This document shows, one piece after another, positions 1-10,664 of a stretch of 64,000 bases of DNA. This DNA is from Nitrospira sp. SB0677_bin_15 (GTDB lineage: Bacteria > Nitrospirota > Nitrospiria > Nitrospirales > UBA8639): positions 10,904-74,903 of the forward strand of contig VYFB01000068.1 of the NCBI GenBank assembly GCA_009842645.1, read 5' to 3'. Under the pieces are notes generated by a model. That model was given only the letters and a program-made list of their open reading frames with translations, had not been told where the DNA came from and made no database searches. Every line of letters begins with the position of its first letter. Position 1 is the first letter of the stretch. A program made the position numbers and the translations under genes.

Positions 1-1
1 T

Positions 2-160
2 GTACCGGAAGGCACGTATTCCTATGAAGCCAGAGCCAAGTTGATGGTTCATGAGGACGGATTTACCAAGGCCAAGATCGTTTCGCCGTTTGCGAGAGGG
101 ACTCTTGACGTGTCTTCTCCTCGTGCCCTCAGCCCGGCACCCCGCGACTCAGGGACGTGA
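2..160 (+). CDS. 3' end of an unidentified gene (partial, runs off left edge)
   Basis: Open frame from base 2 to TGA at 158-160 (...GTLDVSSPRALSPAPRDSGT*). No start in window and no recognisable motif. Confidence 0.3.
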   Translation, partial: VPEGTYSYEARAKLMVHEDGFTKAKIVSPFARGTLDVSSPRALSPAPRDSGT

Positions 161-177
161 AGAGAACCCGGCGGCGA

Positions 178-936
178 CTATGGCCGATCGACCAGGGTGT
201 TGATGCGATGGGCCAGATGCCCGGCTCCGAACCCGTTGTCGATATTCACCACGCCGATTCCACCGGAACACGTATTCAACATCGTGAGTAGCGGGGCAAG
301 CCCCCCGAAGTGCGCGCCGTAGCCCTGGCTGGTGGGTACGGCAATGAGCGGCGTTTGCACCAGACCGGCCACCACGCTGGGCAGCACGCCATCCATGCCC
401 GCGACGACAATCAGCACGCGCGCGCGTTGGAGACGGTCTACCTGATCGAACAACCGGTGGACCCCGGCCACTCCCACGTCGAAAATCGTGTGGACGGCGC
501 TCCCCATCGTCATTGCGGTTACCTTGGCTTCTTCCGCAACCGGGATATCCGCGGTGCCGGCGGTGACGATCACGATGTCGCCCTTCAAGGGGTTGGGCGT
601 GGACGGTTGAATGACCACAACTCGCGCTGCTTGATGATACGCGGCCTTCCGGCTTACTCGTTTGAGCGCGCGCGCGACGGCGGCATCGGCGCGCGTGGCG
701 AGCACCGGCTGTTTGTGTTTGAGCAGCCCCCGGGTCAGCGTGACGATCTGCTTCTCGGTCTTCCCCTCGCACAGGATCACCTCCGGTGAGCCATGACGCA
801 ACGTGCGATGGTGATCCAGCTTGGCAAATTCCAAATCTTCGTAGGGAAGGGTGCGCAGTTGTTCAAGCGCGTCCGCAATCGACGTGGACCCGGCTTGAAC
901 CGACTGCAGCAGAGATTCGAGGGCCGAAGGGTGCAT
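178..936 (-). CDS. larB: LarB-like nickel-pincer cofactor biosynthesis protein (PurE/AIR-carboxylase fold)
   Basis: 252 aa ORF with ATG at 934-936. PurE-like core IVTAGTADIPVAEEAKVTA...DVGVAGVHRL, with the N-terminal extension typical of LarB. Confidence 0.72.
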   Translation of the reverse strand: MHPSALESLLQSVQAGSTSIADALEQLRTLPYEDLEFAKLDHHRTLRHGSPEVILCEGKTEKQIVTLTRGLLKHKQPVLATRADAAVARALKRVSRKAAYHQAARVVVIQPSTPNPLKGDIVIVTAGTADIPVAEEAKVTAMTMGSAVHTIFDVGVAGVHRLFDQVDRLQRARVLIVVAGMDGVLPSVVAGLVQTPLIAVPTSQGYGAHFGGLAPLLTMLNTCSGGIGVVNIDNGFGAGHLAHRINTLVDRP

Positions 937-942
937 GAGGAG

Positions 943-1992
943 TCAGCGCGCGCGTCCGGAATTTGCGAAAGGAATTTCTTCTTTGGCCGACCGTGACATC
1001 AGGTCGGCGACGATTTGCCTGGGTGGTTTATCCTCAAACAGCATCGCGTGAACGCCTTGAACAATCGGCATCTCCACCTGAAACTGCCGCGCCAATGCCA
1101 TGGCGGCTTTGGTGGTCCGAACACCTTCGGCCACCGTGACCGTTTCGTGCAGAATATCCTCCAACCGCAGGCCTTGACCCAATTGCAATCCCACGGCATG
1201 GTTGCGACTTAAGGCGCCCGTACAGGTCAGTACCAGATCCCCCAACCCTGAAAGACCGTAGAACGTATGCACGTCGGCCCCGAGCGCGACGCCCAGGCGA
1301 ATCACCTCGGCCAATCCTCGTGTGATCAGCGCGGCCCGGGCATTCAGTCCCAACTCCAGACCATCCACGACGCCGGCCGCAATTGCCATGACGTTTTTGA
1401 GCGCCCCTCCCAATTGCGCTCCGATAAGATCCGTGCCGGTGTACACCCGGAACGTTGCGGATATGAACACCGTTTGCAGGTGCGCCGTAAGGCCGGCATC
1501 CTGCCCGGCCAACAATATGGTCGTGGGTTTGTCCCGGCTCACTTCAGCGGCAAAACTGGGCCCCGTGAGCACGGTGATCCCATTCGTCCAGCCGGAGGGC
1601 AGCAGTTCGTCGAGTACCTGGGACATTAATTGATGCGAATCCTCCTCAATCCCCTTTGACGCCACGACAACCGGAAGAGGTTCGGAAAGGGAAGGGGTCA
1701 GTTGCCGGACCACCGGTCGCATGGCATGCGAAGGCACAGCCAGCACGACCAAGCCGGTGCCGGCAACCGCATCCTGAAGAGAATGCGTGGCCGAGAGCGC
1801 CGTAGGAAGGGCGATGCCCGGCAAAAACAAGGCATTTTCCCGTTTGAGATTAATGCTCTCGACGACTTCGGTTTCATAGGCCCAGAGCCTGACGGTAAGC
1901 CCTTGATCCACTAGATGCCTGGCGAGCGTGGTGCCCCAAGCCCCCGCTCCGATAACCGACGCAGTGTGAATAGCAGGCAGAGAAATCGTCAT
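943..1992 (-). CDS. gpsA: NAD(P)H-dependent glycerol-3-phosphate dehydrogenase
   Basis: 349 aa. Rossmann motif VIGAGAWGTTLA at the N-terminus, then GALKNVMAIAAG and the full-length GpsA pattern. Confidence 0.9.
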   Translation of the reverse strand: MTISLPAIHTASVIGAGAWGTTLARHLVDQGLTVRLWAYETEVVESINLKRENALFLPGIALPTALSATHSLQDAVAGTGLVVLAVPSHAMRPVVRQLTPSLSEPLPVVVASKGIEEDSHQLMSQVLDELLPSGWTNGITVLTGPSFAAEVSRDKPTTILLAGQDAGLTAHLQTVFISATFRVYTGTDLIGAQLGGALKNVMAIAAGVVDGLELGLNARAALITRGLAEVIRLGVALGADVHTFYGLSGLGDLVLTCTGALSRNHAVGLQLGQGLRLEDILHETVTVAEGVRTTKAAMALARQFQVEMPIVQGVHAMLFEDKPPRQIVADLMSRSAKEEIPFANSGRAR

Positions 1993-2176
1993 GGCTTTCG
2001 ATATGGCAAGGCAAAAACGGGTGCCGGATTATAAGAACGGCCTTTCGGGGCTGTCAATTCTGGAGAGAACGAAGCAAGAATTATCCACCGGCTGCGTCAT
2101 ACCCGCTTATGTCGCCCGATTCTCTTCCGAATCAGTTGCATTTTACGAGATTTACTGAGTAAAATTACGAGCTATA

Positions 2177-3382
2177 ATGAGTAAAAAGGAATTCATCCGA
2201 CATCATGCGACTGAACTGTTGCGTCGTCTGAATGAACCCCGCCGCTTCCTCCAGGTTGTCGCCGGGGCGCGACAGGTGGGAAAGACCACTTTGAGCACAC
2301 AGGTGGCGGCGAAAGCCGGACTACCATATTGTATCGCCAGTGCGGACGAGCCGACGTTACGCGGCCTCGACTGGCTGGAAACCCAGTGGGAGGTCGCGCG
2401 GGTACTGGCTGCAAAGGCTGGAAAAGACGGCGCGCTTCTGGTCCTGGATGAGATACAGAAAGTCCCGAACTGGTCAGAAACCGTCAAACGCCTGTGGGAC
2501 GAAGATACCCGTTTCCGCAGACCGCTGAAAGTCGTGTTGCTGGGTTCGGCTCCGCTTCTGATCCAGCGCGGGTTGACCGAGAGTTTGGCAGGCCGGTTCG
2601 AGATTCTATCCCTACCGCACTGGAGTTTCCCTGAGATGCGAGACGCGTTCGGTTGGGCGCTGGACATGTACATCTTTTACGGCGCATACCCCGGCGCCGA
2701 ACCGTTGATAAGACAACCGGCTCGCTGGTCCCGCTACATTCGAGATTCGCTGATCGAAACGACGATTGCTCGTGATGTCCTGTTACTTTCCCGTGTGGAT
2801 AAGCCCGCGCTTCTGCGCCGTCTGTTCGAACTTGGTTGCGTCTATTCAGGGCAGATTCTGTCTTATACCAAGATGGTGGGGCAACTCCAGGACGCGGGCA
2901 ACACCGCGACGTTGGCCCACTACCTTGAGTTGTTAGCGGGTGCAGGGATGCTGACCGGTCTGCAAAAGTATGCCGGCTCCGCGGCACGGCAACGAGGATC
3001 GAGCCCCAAGCTTCAGGTGTTCAACACGGCGCTGATCACGGCCCAGTCCGGGATGACCCTCGCCGAAGCGCGCGCCAACCGCGAGTTCTGGGGAAGACTG
3101 GTGGAATCCGCCGTGGGTGCCCACTTGGTCAACGCATCGGCCGGTGGAGCGTGTCAGGTATTCTATTGGCGGGACCGCAACCGCGAGGTGGATTTCGTCG
3201 TCCAGGCGGGCAAGCGCATCATGGCGATCGAGGTGAAAGGCGGACAGTCGCGCCACGCTCTGCCGGGAATGGCCGCTTTTGCCCAAGCCTTTCAGCCGAC
3301 CAGAAAACTGCTCGTAGGCGGCGACGGGCTCGCCGTGGAAACCTTCCTGTCCATGCCGGTTGAGGATTGGTTACTGACATGA
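2177..3382 (+). CDS. AAA ATPase with DUF4143-type C-terminal region
   Basis: 401 aa. Walker A VAGARQVGKTTL, Walker B LLVLDEIQ, and C-terminal EVDFVV...IEVK (restriction-endonuclease-like tail). Paralogous in architecture to 46539-47711. Confidence 0.8.
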   Translation: MSKKEFIRHHATELLRRLNEPRRFLQVVAGARQVGKTTLSTQVAAKAGLPYCIASADEPTLRGLDWLETQWEVARVLAAKAGKDGALLVLDEIQKVPNWSETVKRLWDEDTRFRRPLKVVLLGSAPLLIQRGLTESLAGRFEILSLPHWSFPEMRDAFGWALDMYIFYGAYPGAEPLIRQPARWSRYIRDSLIETTIARDVLLLSRVDKPALLRRLFELGCVYSGQILSYTKMVGQLQDAGNTATLAHYLELLAGAGMLTGLQKYAGSAARQRGSSPKLQVFNTALITAQSGMTLAEARANREFWGRLVESAVGAHLVNASAGGACQVFYWRDRNREVDFVVQAGKRIMAIEVKGGQSRHALPGMAAFAQAFQPTRKLLVGGDGLAVETFLSMPVEDWLLT

Positions 3383-3436
3383 CCAGCATGATCAAATGCA
3401 AGTCGTGAGTGAGCGTGGTCCGGCTGCCACTCCAAC

Positions 3437-4912
3437 TCAGGCCTCCAGCTTGGCCGCAATTTCTCTGAAACTGTTCAGCCCGGCTTCGACGTTTTCAATA
3501 ATGGCTTCTGCCAGATCGTCGGGTTCGGGCAGGTTGTCCAGATCGGTCAGACTTTTATCCTTGAGCCAGAAAATATCCAGGCTGGTTTTGTCGCGCACGG
3601 CGATTTCGTCGTGGGTGAATTTTCGCCACCGGCCTTCGGGGTGTTCTTCGGACCATGTTTCCTTGCGATCATGGCGGTTCTGAGGATTATAGCATCCGAT
3701 GAAATTCTTCAAGTCATCAAGCCGCATGGGTTTTTTCTTCAGGGTATGATGGATATTGGTACGGTAATCGTAGTACCACACTGCTTTCGTCCAGGGATTG
3801 GGGCTTGCGGGTTTGTTGTCAAAAAACAGCACGTTCGCCTTGACGCCCTGAGCGTAGAAGATACCGGTAGGTAAACGTAGAATGGTGTGCAAGTCGGTAT
3901 TTTGCAGGAGTTTCTTGCGAACCGTCTCTCCGGCTCCTCCCTCGAACAATACGTTATCGGGCACCACAACCGCGGCCTGGCCTGTGGTTTTCAGCATGGT
4001 GCGAATGTGTTGGACAAAGTTGAGTTGCTTATTGGACGTGGCGGCCCAAAAATCTTGCCGGTTATAGGTGAAATCTTCTTTTTCCAGTTCGCCTTCTTCA
4101 TTGGTGGCCGTCATGCTGCTTTTCTTCCCGAAGGGCGGATTAGCCAGCACATAGTCATAGCGGTCCCCGCTGTCGGCAATCAGGGAGTCTGTTGGTAACA
4201 CCGTAGACACACCGTCAATCTCACCGATGTTGTGCAGGAACATATTCATCAGACAAAGGCGGCGGGTATTGGCGACAATTTCATTGCCGTGAAAGGTTCG
4301 ATGTTTGAGGAAGGTTTTTTGTGCTTTGTCTAAGTTGTGATTTTCGACCAGAAAATCATAGCTGGCGAGAAAGAACCCGCCTGTCCCACAAGCAGGATCG
4401 GCAATGGTTTTACCTGGCTCCGGGCGTACGCAATCGACCATGGCTTTAATCAGAGCGCGGGGAGTAAAGTACTGCCCTGCCCCGCTCTTGGTATCCTCTG
4501 CGTTTTTCTCCAGGAGGCCTTCGTAAATATCGCCTTTGATATCCGCGCCCATCATAATCCAGGATTCTGTATCAATCATGTCGATCACCCGGAAGAGCAT
4601 TGCCGGATCCTGAATCTTGTTTTGGGCTTTGGTGAAGATTTGCCCGAGCAAACCTTTTTGCTTACTCAGTTCACGAAGTAGTTTGATATAAAATCCTTCT
4701 AGTTCCGCACCTTTCTTGGCTTTCAACGTCTGCCAATCGTATTCAGCGGGAATGCCGACATCGCGGTTATAGGGCGGCTTCCCGTATTCATTAGCCATCT
4801 TGAGGAAAATCAGATAGGTCAATTGTTCCAGATAATCGCCGTAACTCACGCCCGCATCCCGGAGAACGTTACAAAAGCTCCAGACTTTGGAGACAATGGA
4901 TTCGGTATTCAT
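3437..4912 (-). CDS. hsdM: Type I R-M DNA methyltransferase subunit
   Basis: 491 aa. N6-adenine MTase motifs DPACGTGGF and ANPPFG. ATGA overlap with the hsdS stop (4909-4912). Confidence 0.92.
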   Translation of the reverse strand: MNTESIVSKVWSFCNVLRDAGVSYGDYLEQLTYLIFLKMANEYGKPPYNRDVGIPAEYDWQTLKAKKGAELEGFYIKLLRELSKQKGLLGQIFTKAQNKIQDPAMLFRVIDMIDTESWIMMGADIKGDIYEGLLEKNAEDTKSGAGQYFTPRALIKAMVDCVRPEPGKTIADPACGTGGFFLASYDFLVENHNLDKAQKTFLKHRTFHGNEIVANTRRLCLMNMFLHNIGEIDGVSTVLPTDSLIADSGDRYDYVLANPPFGKKSSMTATNEEGELEKEDFTYNRQDFWAATSNKQLNFVQHIRTMLKTTGQAAVVVPDNVLFEGGAGETVRKKLLQNTDLHTILRLPTGIFYAQGVKANVLFFDNKPASPNPWTKAVWYYDYRTNIHHTLKKKPMRLDDLKNFIGCYNPQNRHDRKETWSEEHPEGRWRKFTHDEIAVRDKTSLDIFWLKDKSLTDLDNLPEPDDLAEAIIENVEAGLNSFREIAAKLEA

Positions 4913-6489
4913 ACGGCTACTTTCTTCAGTTTTCGGGCTTTCTGCTTCGGCTTAGCCTTCTCCGCCCTGATCCGCTCCAGCAATACACTTGCAGGCTCAT
5001 CATTGGGGTCTTGCGGCACGAGCCTGCCTTCAAAGGCTTTTTTCAAAAGGCTTTGGCGGAGGGCTTCAGCTTGTTTCAGGCCATTCGCAATATCCTGTTC
5101 GAGTCTTTCGGCAGCGGAAAGGCGGGATTCGATTTGGTCGACGATTTGATTTTGCTCTGCAATCGAAGACACCGGAAATTCTAAGTTTGCCAAGCCTTTC
5201 CCAGTTAGGTGTTTTATTGTCGTGCCGGTGAAAAATTTCGATAGATGCCCATTCGAGGAAGAAAAAAGCATAAAATAATATGCAAACTTATTGGCAATTG
5301 ATTTTGTTGGAAACCTCACCCGATGAAGAGCTTTCTGAATTCGCATGTCTGAATTGCTTTGCTTCCAAATCGCGCACCTACCAGGTTCACCTCCTTCACA
5401 AATAATTAAATCTCCCGACTGTAAACCGTATCTTTCCTTTTCTGCTTCTTCAAATTTCATATTCAGCAAATCAGACAAATCAAAGCTACCCCACCTAACG
5501 TTAATATTTCGAAGGTATGGAATAGGGGTTCCGACATTCTTGGATTTATCCAACATCTTGCCTAGACAAGATTCCAGAACCATATTATGGAACCGAATCC
5601 ACGCCCACCCATCAGGCAGTTTCGGCAACTCTGATAATTCTGCTTCTGTGAGCGGTGGGAGTTCCTTGGGCTTACCGGGTTTGGTGGGTTTCTTGTCCAC
5701 TTTGCCACTGGCCTCCCACGCTTTGACGGCTCGTTTCCAGTCGTCTTGTTGTTGCCGGTAGCGTTGCTCGCGCTCGGCCTTGATTTTCTCCAGCAGCGTT
5801 TCAGCAGACTCTAACTCATCGGCATGTTTCCTGCGCCATTCTTCGGTCAGCTTACCTTCAAAAGCGTTTTTCAGGATCGCCTGACGATAGACTATTAACT
5901 GCTCGCGGGCCATTTTGAAAGATTCAATGCCCTTGTCCAGTTCTGATAACAGTTCTTCGAGTTTGGAAACGATGCGCCGTTGTTCAGGGAGAGGGGGTAC
6001 TGGAAGAGGGATCTGTTTTAATTTGTTTGCATTTACGTTTGGTACAGCGATTCCGAGCTTCTTCTCCGATATTTCCCGCCAATAAAGAGGACTATCTAGA
6101 AAATACTTGAAGAACTTCTTGTCTATATATGGACGGAATCTGATGAGATAAGATGCAAATACAGAGTCCTCTGGTTTCTCTAGGAGATAGCTAAAACCTA
6201 CTGAACCGGCACGAGAAATAACGATGTCCCCTTCTTTGAGTAGATATTTCTCTGGGTCAGCGGGATTAGTTGAACAAAACGGGACCAAATTCCAGTCTAT
6301 CTTTCCTCTTGTAATATCTGTCGTTCTAAGAAGTTTCAGATCCCCCTTATCGCTCGCTTTTGTCGTATATCCATATTGCAGCTGTGAGCATAAGTTACTA
6401 ATTTTGCTTATGCACCACTCTTTTGGGAACTTATACGATTCTATTTTTGAATCATCATGCCGCAACGTTTGATTATCCTCACCCATCAT
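4909..6489 (-). CDS. hsdS: Type I R-M specificity subunit
   Basis: 526 aa. Two target-recognition halves, each ending in a conserved helix (LPEQRRIVSKLEELLSEL... / IAEQNQIVDQIESRLS...LLKKAFEGRL). Visibly AT-rich. ATGA overlap with the hsdR stop. Confidence 0.88.
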   Translation of the reverse strand: MMGEDNQTLRHDDSKIESYKFPKEWCISKISNLCSQLQYGYTTKASDKGDLKLLRTTDITRGKIDWNLVPFCSTNPADPEKYLLKEGDIVISRAGSVGFSYLLEKPEDSVFASYLIRFRPYIDKKFFKYFLDSPLYWREISEKKLGIAVPNVNANKLKQIPLPVPPLPEQRRIVSKLEELLSELDKGIESFKMAREQLIVYRQAILKNAFEGKLTEEWRRKHADELESAETLLEKIKAEREQRYRQQQDDWKRAVKAWEASGKVDKKPTKPGKPKELPPLTEAELSELPKLPDGWAWIRFHNMVLESCLGKMLDKSKNVGTPIPYLRNINVRWGSFDLSDLLNMKFEEAEKERYGLQSGDLIICEGGEPGRCAIWKQSNSDMRIQKALHRVRFPTKSIANKFAYYFMLFSSSNGHLSKFFTGTTIKHLTGKGLANLEFPVSSIAEQNQIVDQIESRLSAAERLEQDIANGLKQAEALRQSLLKKAFEGRLVPQDPNDEPASVLLERIRAEKAKPKQKARKLKKVAV

Positions 6490-9251
6490 GCCACCAATGC
6501 CTCATTCATCTCTTCAATCACCTGATCCATCTCATCACCGAATAACTGCGCCATGCGCCCCAAGCCACCTTGGGCGTTAAATGGGGCATAGTCGAGATCT
6601 TCACGTTCCAGATGAAAGGAATCGGCAATATGCCCTCGGATCATCCGCAGCCATTGCATCTGTTCTTCGTTGAATTTCGTGCCTGCACCGCTATGGCGCT
6701 TCATGATCCAGTTCTGGAAGTTACGGCGAACGGTTTCCGAGTACGGCGAAAGGGTTTCATCAATGCCACAGGCACGCCGGATCAGTGCCACGAGTGCTGT
6801 CAACTCACTCACCGGCTCTTGGCCTTTATAGTCGTCCAGTTGTTTATAAGCCTGCCAGACCCGTAGCGGTGCGAGGTTGGGTTTTTCCTGCTTCAGCCGT
6901 TTCAGAACATCCTTGATCATCTGATAGGTCAATTCTCGTCGGCGGTAGGGTTGGTTATAGAAGATTCGTAGCGCCGTGATTTCATCCTTGTGCGTTTCAA
7001 GGTAAGACGTGAAATCCTGTATGAGTGCCTTGGCTTTCTCCTTGGCCTCTTTGTCCCACCCGGCAAATTCCACCGTGTCGATGTTCACCGTATCAATAAT
7101 CTGGTCGTGGGTGCGGCGGATGTTCTCAAGCAACGTATTCAGTTCACCGGTAAAAACGCTTGTTGCCTCTTTCACCAATTCTTCCTTTGCTGTTCTTAGC
7201 TGTCCTCCCGAAGGTGGGTAGTTGGGAGGAAGGTTATTCACTTCACGGGCCCTTTTCTCCTGTATGTCCGGATTGATAGCATCGAGTAAGCCACGAACAA
7301 CCTGATTGATGGTCTTGCCCTCGGTCTTTTCTGCTATCTGTTTGTGTTCGTCGTCACTCAGTTGTTTGGAAAGCCGGGCCAGGCGGTTAGCCAGGGAAGA
7401 AATGGTTTCTTCATTCTGTGCCCCCATCATCACGGTATAGAGAAGGTCTTTCAGAGGAACGGTCGGTTTTTTCTCCAGTGGCCGGCTATCTGTTTTCAGG
7501 GATTTTGTCACACCAACGGCATCCACAATTACAAAGTGCGTCTTGGCACTGTGCGTTGAAGGTGTCACTTTTTTCAGATCGTCATACTCCAGGGTGCGGG
7601 TTCCCCGTCCTTTCATTTGCTCGAAGTAATTGCGGCTTTTCACGTCACGCATGAAGAGCAGACATTCCAGTGGTTTGACATCGGTCCCCGTCGCGATCAT
7701 GTCTACGGTTACTGCAATACGAGGATTGAAATCATTCCGAAATTGCGCCAAAACGGATTTTGGGTCCTCTTCGGTCTGATACGTCACTTTCTTGCAGAAT
7801 TCGTTGCCTTCCCCAAACTCCTCCCGAACGATCTGGATAATGTCGTCGGCATGGCTATTGGTTTTGGCAAAGGTCAAAGTTTTGGGGATCTCTTTCCGTC
7901 CTGGGAAAATTTCAGGAAGTTTATCCCGGAACGTCCGAATGATGTTTCGGATCTGGCTGGGATTGACCACGTCCTTATCCAAGTCCTTGGAGGAATACCC
8001 GATTTCTTCGTCTACCTCTTCCCATCGTTTTTTTCGGGTCAAGCGGTCCCGCATCTCCACATATTCCTTGGCCGTAATATTCGCGCCCTTTTTGGTAATC
8101 TCTGTTTCGATGGTATACACGTCGTATCCCACGTTCACGCCATCGGCCACAGCCTCTTCATGGGTGTATTCACTCACGACGTTCTCATTGAAAAACCCAA
8201 AGGTGCGTTTGTCCGGGGTTGCGGTCAAACCAATGAGAAACGTGTCGAAGTACTCCAATACTTGCTTCCAAAGGTTGTAGATCGACCGATGACATTCATC
8301 AATGATGACGGAATCAAAGAACTCAATAGGAATTTTCCCGTTATAAATTACGGGCAAGGGGGTTTTAGATAGAACACGTTCGGCGGGGTTTTCCAATTCA
8401 GCGGCTTCGTCCAAAGGCTCTCCTTTCAAGATAGAGTAAAGCCGCTGAATGGTGCTGATGCAAACTTGACTGTCTGAAGCTATATAACTCGATTTAAGGC
8501 GCTGCACGTTATACAGTTCGGTGAATTTCCGGTTGTCATCATTTGGCACATAAGCCATGAATTCCTGCTCAGCCTGTTCACCCAGATTTTTGGTATCTAC
8601 CAGAAAAAGGATTCGTTTCGCGTCGGCGAATTTGAGCAAGCGGTAGATGAACGTAATGGCCGTAAAAGTCTTCCCTGAGCCGGTAGCCATCTGGACCAAG
8701 GCGCGCGGGCGGTTCTCTTTGAATGATTTCTCCAGATTGTTGATAGCCCTGATCTGGCAGTCCCACAATCCTTCAGTATTGAGAATTGGAAGATCCAATA
8801 AGCGGGAACGTAGCGTTTTAGGCCGTGAAATCCATGCTTTGAATGTTTCAGGTCGGTGGAACGAAAATACCGGCTGGGAGCGTGGTTTCGGATCACGGTC
8901 GTCTCGAAACCGTGTCAGGATGCCTGTACTTTCATAGATGAAGGGAAGCGGTTCACTATCGGCAATCCATTTTAGTTTTGCTTTGGCGTAACCCTTAGCC
9001 TGTGTTTCTGCCCAGGTGAGGGCGTGCCCTTCTTCTTCTTTCTTGGCCTCAATAATTCCTACCGGTCGACGGTCCACAAACAGCACATAATCCGCTGGGC
9101 CAATATCCGTGAGATATTCTCTGACGGCCACCCCTGGCCCGGCATTAAAGTCGATGCGCTTTTTGTCTTGGACGACCCAGCCCGCAGCTTCCAACATCCT
9201 GTCGATGTTGTCACGAGCTTTTTGTTCCGGGGTTTGATTCACATGGTCCAT
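6486..9251 (-). CDS. hsdR: Type I restriction endonuclease/helicase subunit
   Basis: SF2 motifs QMATGSGKT and IIDECHRS. N-terminal nuclease-like region ADYVLF...IEAKK. Start moved to ATG 9249-9251 (MDHVNQ...) because the ORF-track start at 9296 overlaps the upstream gene. Confidence 0.9.
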   Translation of the reverse strand: MDHVNQTPEQKARDNIDRMLEAAGWVVQDKKRIDFNAGPGVAVREYLTDIGPADYVLFVDRRPVGIIEAKKEEEGHALTWAETQAKGYAKAKLKWIADSEPLPFIYESTGILTRFRDDRDPKPRSQPVFSFHRPETFKAWISRPKTLRSRLLDLPILNTEGLWDCQIRAINNLEKSFKENRPRALVQMATGSGKTFTAITFIYRLLKFADAKRILFLVDTKNLGEQAEQEFMAYVPNDDNRKFTELYNVQRLKSSYIASDSQVCISTIQRLYSILKGEPLDEAAELENPAERVLSKTPLPVIYNGKIPIEFFDSVIIDECHRSIYNLWKQVLEYFDTFLIGLTATPDKRTFGFFNENVVSEYTHEEAVADGVNVGYDVYTIETEITKKGANITAKEYVEMRDRLTRKKRWEEVDEEIGYSSKDLDKDVVNPSQIRNIIRTFRDKLPEIFPGRKEIPKTLTFAKTNSHADDIIQIVREEFGEGNEFCKKVTYQTEEDPKSVLAQFRNDFNPRIAVTVDMIATGTDVKPLECLLFMRDVKSRNYFEQMKGRGTRTLEYDDLKKVTPSTHSAKTHFVIVDAVGVTKSLKTDSRPLEKKPTVPLKDLLYTVMMGAQNEETISSLANRLARLSKQLSDDEHKQIAEKTEGKTINQVVRGLLDAINPDIQEKRAREVNNLPPNYPPSGGQLRTAKEELVKEATSVFTGELNTLLENIRRTHDQIIDTVNIDTVEFAGWDKEAKEKAKALIQDFTSYLETHKDEITALRIFYNQPYRRRELTYQMIKDVLKRLKQEKPNLAPLRVWQAYKQLDDYKGQEPVSELTALVALIRRACGIDETLSPYSETVRRNFQNWIMKRHSGAGTKFNEEQMQWLRMIRGHIADSFHLEREDLDYAPFNAQGGLGRMAQLFGDEMDQVIEEMNEALVA

Positions 9252-9262
9252 GATGGGGTCTA

Positions 9263-9982
9263 TCAGGTCGTCTTGAAAGCAGGCATTTGATTCCACGTTT
9301 TTTTGTCAAGCACGCGGCCTGTCTGTTTCTTGAACACGCCGCCCCACTGCTTGAAGAAAAACGGGATGCGGCTTCGCAGGCAGTTGTCTCGTATTTCCCG
9401 CACCCAATCCGCCTTCATGGGGCGGGCACCGGGTCCTGATTCTCCGCCTACGATCACCCAATCGATTCCTGCCAAGTCCAAGCCGCGCAACGGCCCCAGT
9501 AATGGTTCGAGAGACAGGAATTTCGTTTGGGCGTTGGATTTTTTCAGTTTTGCCAATCGGTCGAGCCACTCTTTGGATTCGATGCTCGTGCCCAGCCAGA
9601 TATTCGGCGTCCAAATCAGTCCAGGGTCGAGTTTCATGACTCGGTCCGGGCGCTTCGTGAGCATCTGAAACGTATGCTGGGATGCCTGATTCATGACACG
9701 GAACACTGAATCGATAAATGCAGCGGGGACGGATTCGTGGAACAGGTCGCTCATTGAGTTCACGAACACAAGCCGCGGTTTTTTCCACCTGAGAGGTTCT
9801 TCCAGTACGGACTCGTGAATTGTGAGGTCGAACCCGTTCCGGTATTTTTCAACCCCCATTGCTTGGAGCCGCGTGGCCATTCGCTCGGCGTAGCAATGCT
9901 TGCAGCCGTCGCTGATCTTTGTACAGCCCGTCACCGGGTTCCAAGTAGCCTCAGTCCATTCGATGCTCGACTGCGTTGACAT
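9263..9982 (-). CDS. DUF5131 (phage Gp37/Gp68) family protein
   Basis: [36 protein letters not shown] is the family's characteristic N-terminus. Start set at ATG 9980-9982; the longer track ORF adds 49 aa of non-family sequence. Confidence 0.75.
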   Translation of the reverse strand: MSTQSSIEWTEATWNPVTGCTKISDGCKHCYAERMATRLQAMGVEKYRNGFDLTIHESVLEEPLRWKKPRLVFVNSMSDLFHESVPAAFIDSVFRVMNQASQHTFQMLTKRPDRVMKLDPGLIWTPNIWLGTSIESKEWLDRLAKLKKSNAQTKFLSLEPLLGPLRGLDLAGIDWVIVGGESGPGARPMKADWVREIRDNCLRSRIPFFFKQWGGVFKKQTGRVLDKKTWNQMPAFKTT

Positions 9983-10130
9983 GGCTACATGTGCGTCAGG
10001 ATGTACTCTGCGATTTGGATATTTGCTGGATCGTTTTTCACAATCGTATCGCCATCTTACCGTGCCGGTACTTCTTTTGAAACCGTTTCCTGGCATGTGT
10101 GGAGCCTGTCCGGTGTTGGTTTCCCTCATA

Positions 10131-10214
10131 CCCCCTCACCCCAGCCCTCTCCCACGTTGGGGAGAGGGAGTTGTGGAGTAGAAACTGTCAATGAATGAGT
10201 GAACACATACAACC
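10131..10214. repeat. Family A hairpin repeat (copy A1) plus family B motif (reverse orientation)
   Basis: ccccctcaccccagccctctcccacgttggggagagggag, followed by ...ctgtcaatgaatgagtgaacacatacaacc. Related copies at 10665, 19905, 47932 and 49922 (A) and at 21253, 21507 and 49886 (B). Confidence 0.8.
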
Positions 10215-10306
10215 ACAGTTCCAGACGCCTTTGTCTGTGTCTCGGATTTTGGTGACTCGTGGTTCCCTGCTGGCAATTTCTCTCCTCATGGTTATAATCT
10301 GATGTG

Positions 10307-10657
10307 ATGAACAATCAAAAGACGTGTCAGGCTTGCGGGCATGAATTGGCTGCGGAGGCTCGTTTTTGTACGAGTTGCGGGAGGCGGCTGGTTCAGAAGT
10401 CGCAGACTGAGACTCGGGCCAAGGAGATCCTCAACCTTCGGATCTTGTACGCCATGGCGGGGCTGTTGGTGTTGGCCGTGCTGTTTCCGCCGTGGGAGTC
10501 GTCGCCCGGTTCGCCTCCTGCCTATTTGGGTATGCATTTCATCCTGTCTCCCCCGGAGCCTGAGGCCGTGGTGAGTCGCATCCTCCAGACCGTGGAACTG
10601 GTGACGATCGCTATTGGCGGGATGTATTTGGCTTGGGTGTTTCGGGACAAGGTCTGA
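10307..10657 (+). CDS. Zinc-ribbon membrane protein
   Basis: CQACGHELAAEARFCTSCG double-CxxC ribbon followed by two hydrophobic segments. ATG at 10307. Confidence 0.6.
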   Translation: MNNQKTCQACGHELAAEARFCTSCGRRLVQKSQTETRAKEILNLRILYAMAGLLVLAVLFPPWESSPGSPPAYLGMHFILSPPEPEAVVSRILQTVELVTIAIGGMYLAWVFRDKV

Positions 10658-10664
10658 GAAAGTT

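Noticed and set aside
9252-9296. Longer hsdR start ([15 protein letters not shown]).
   Set aside because: It would overlap the DUF5131 stop by 34 nt. The ATG at 9251 leaves an 11-nt gap and keeps the conserved N-terminus.
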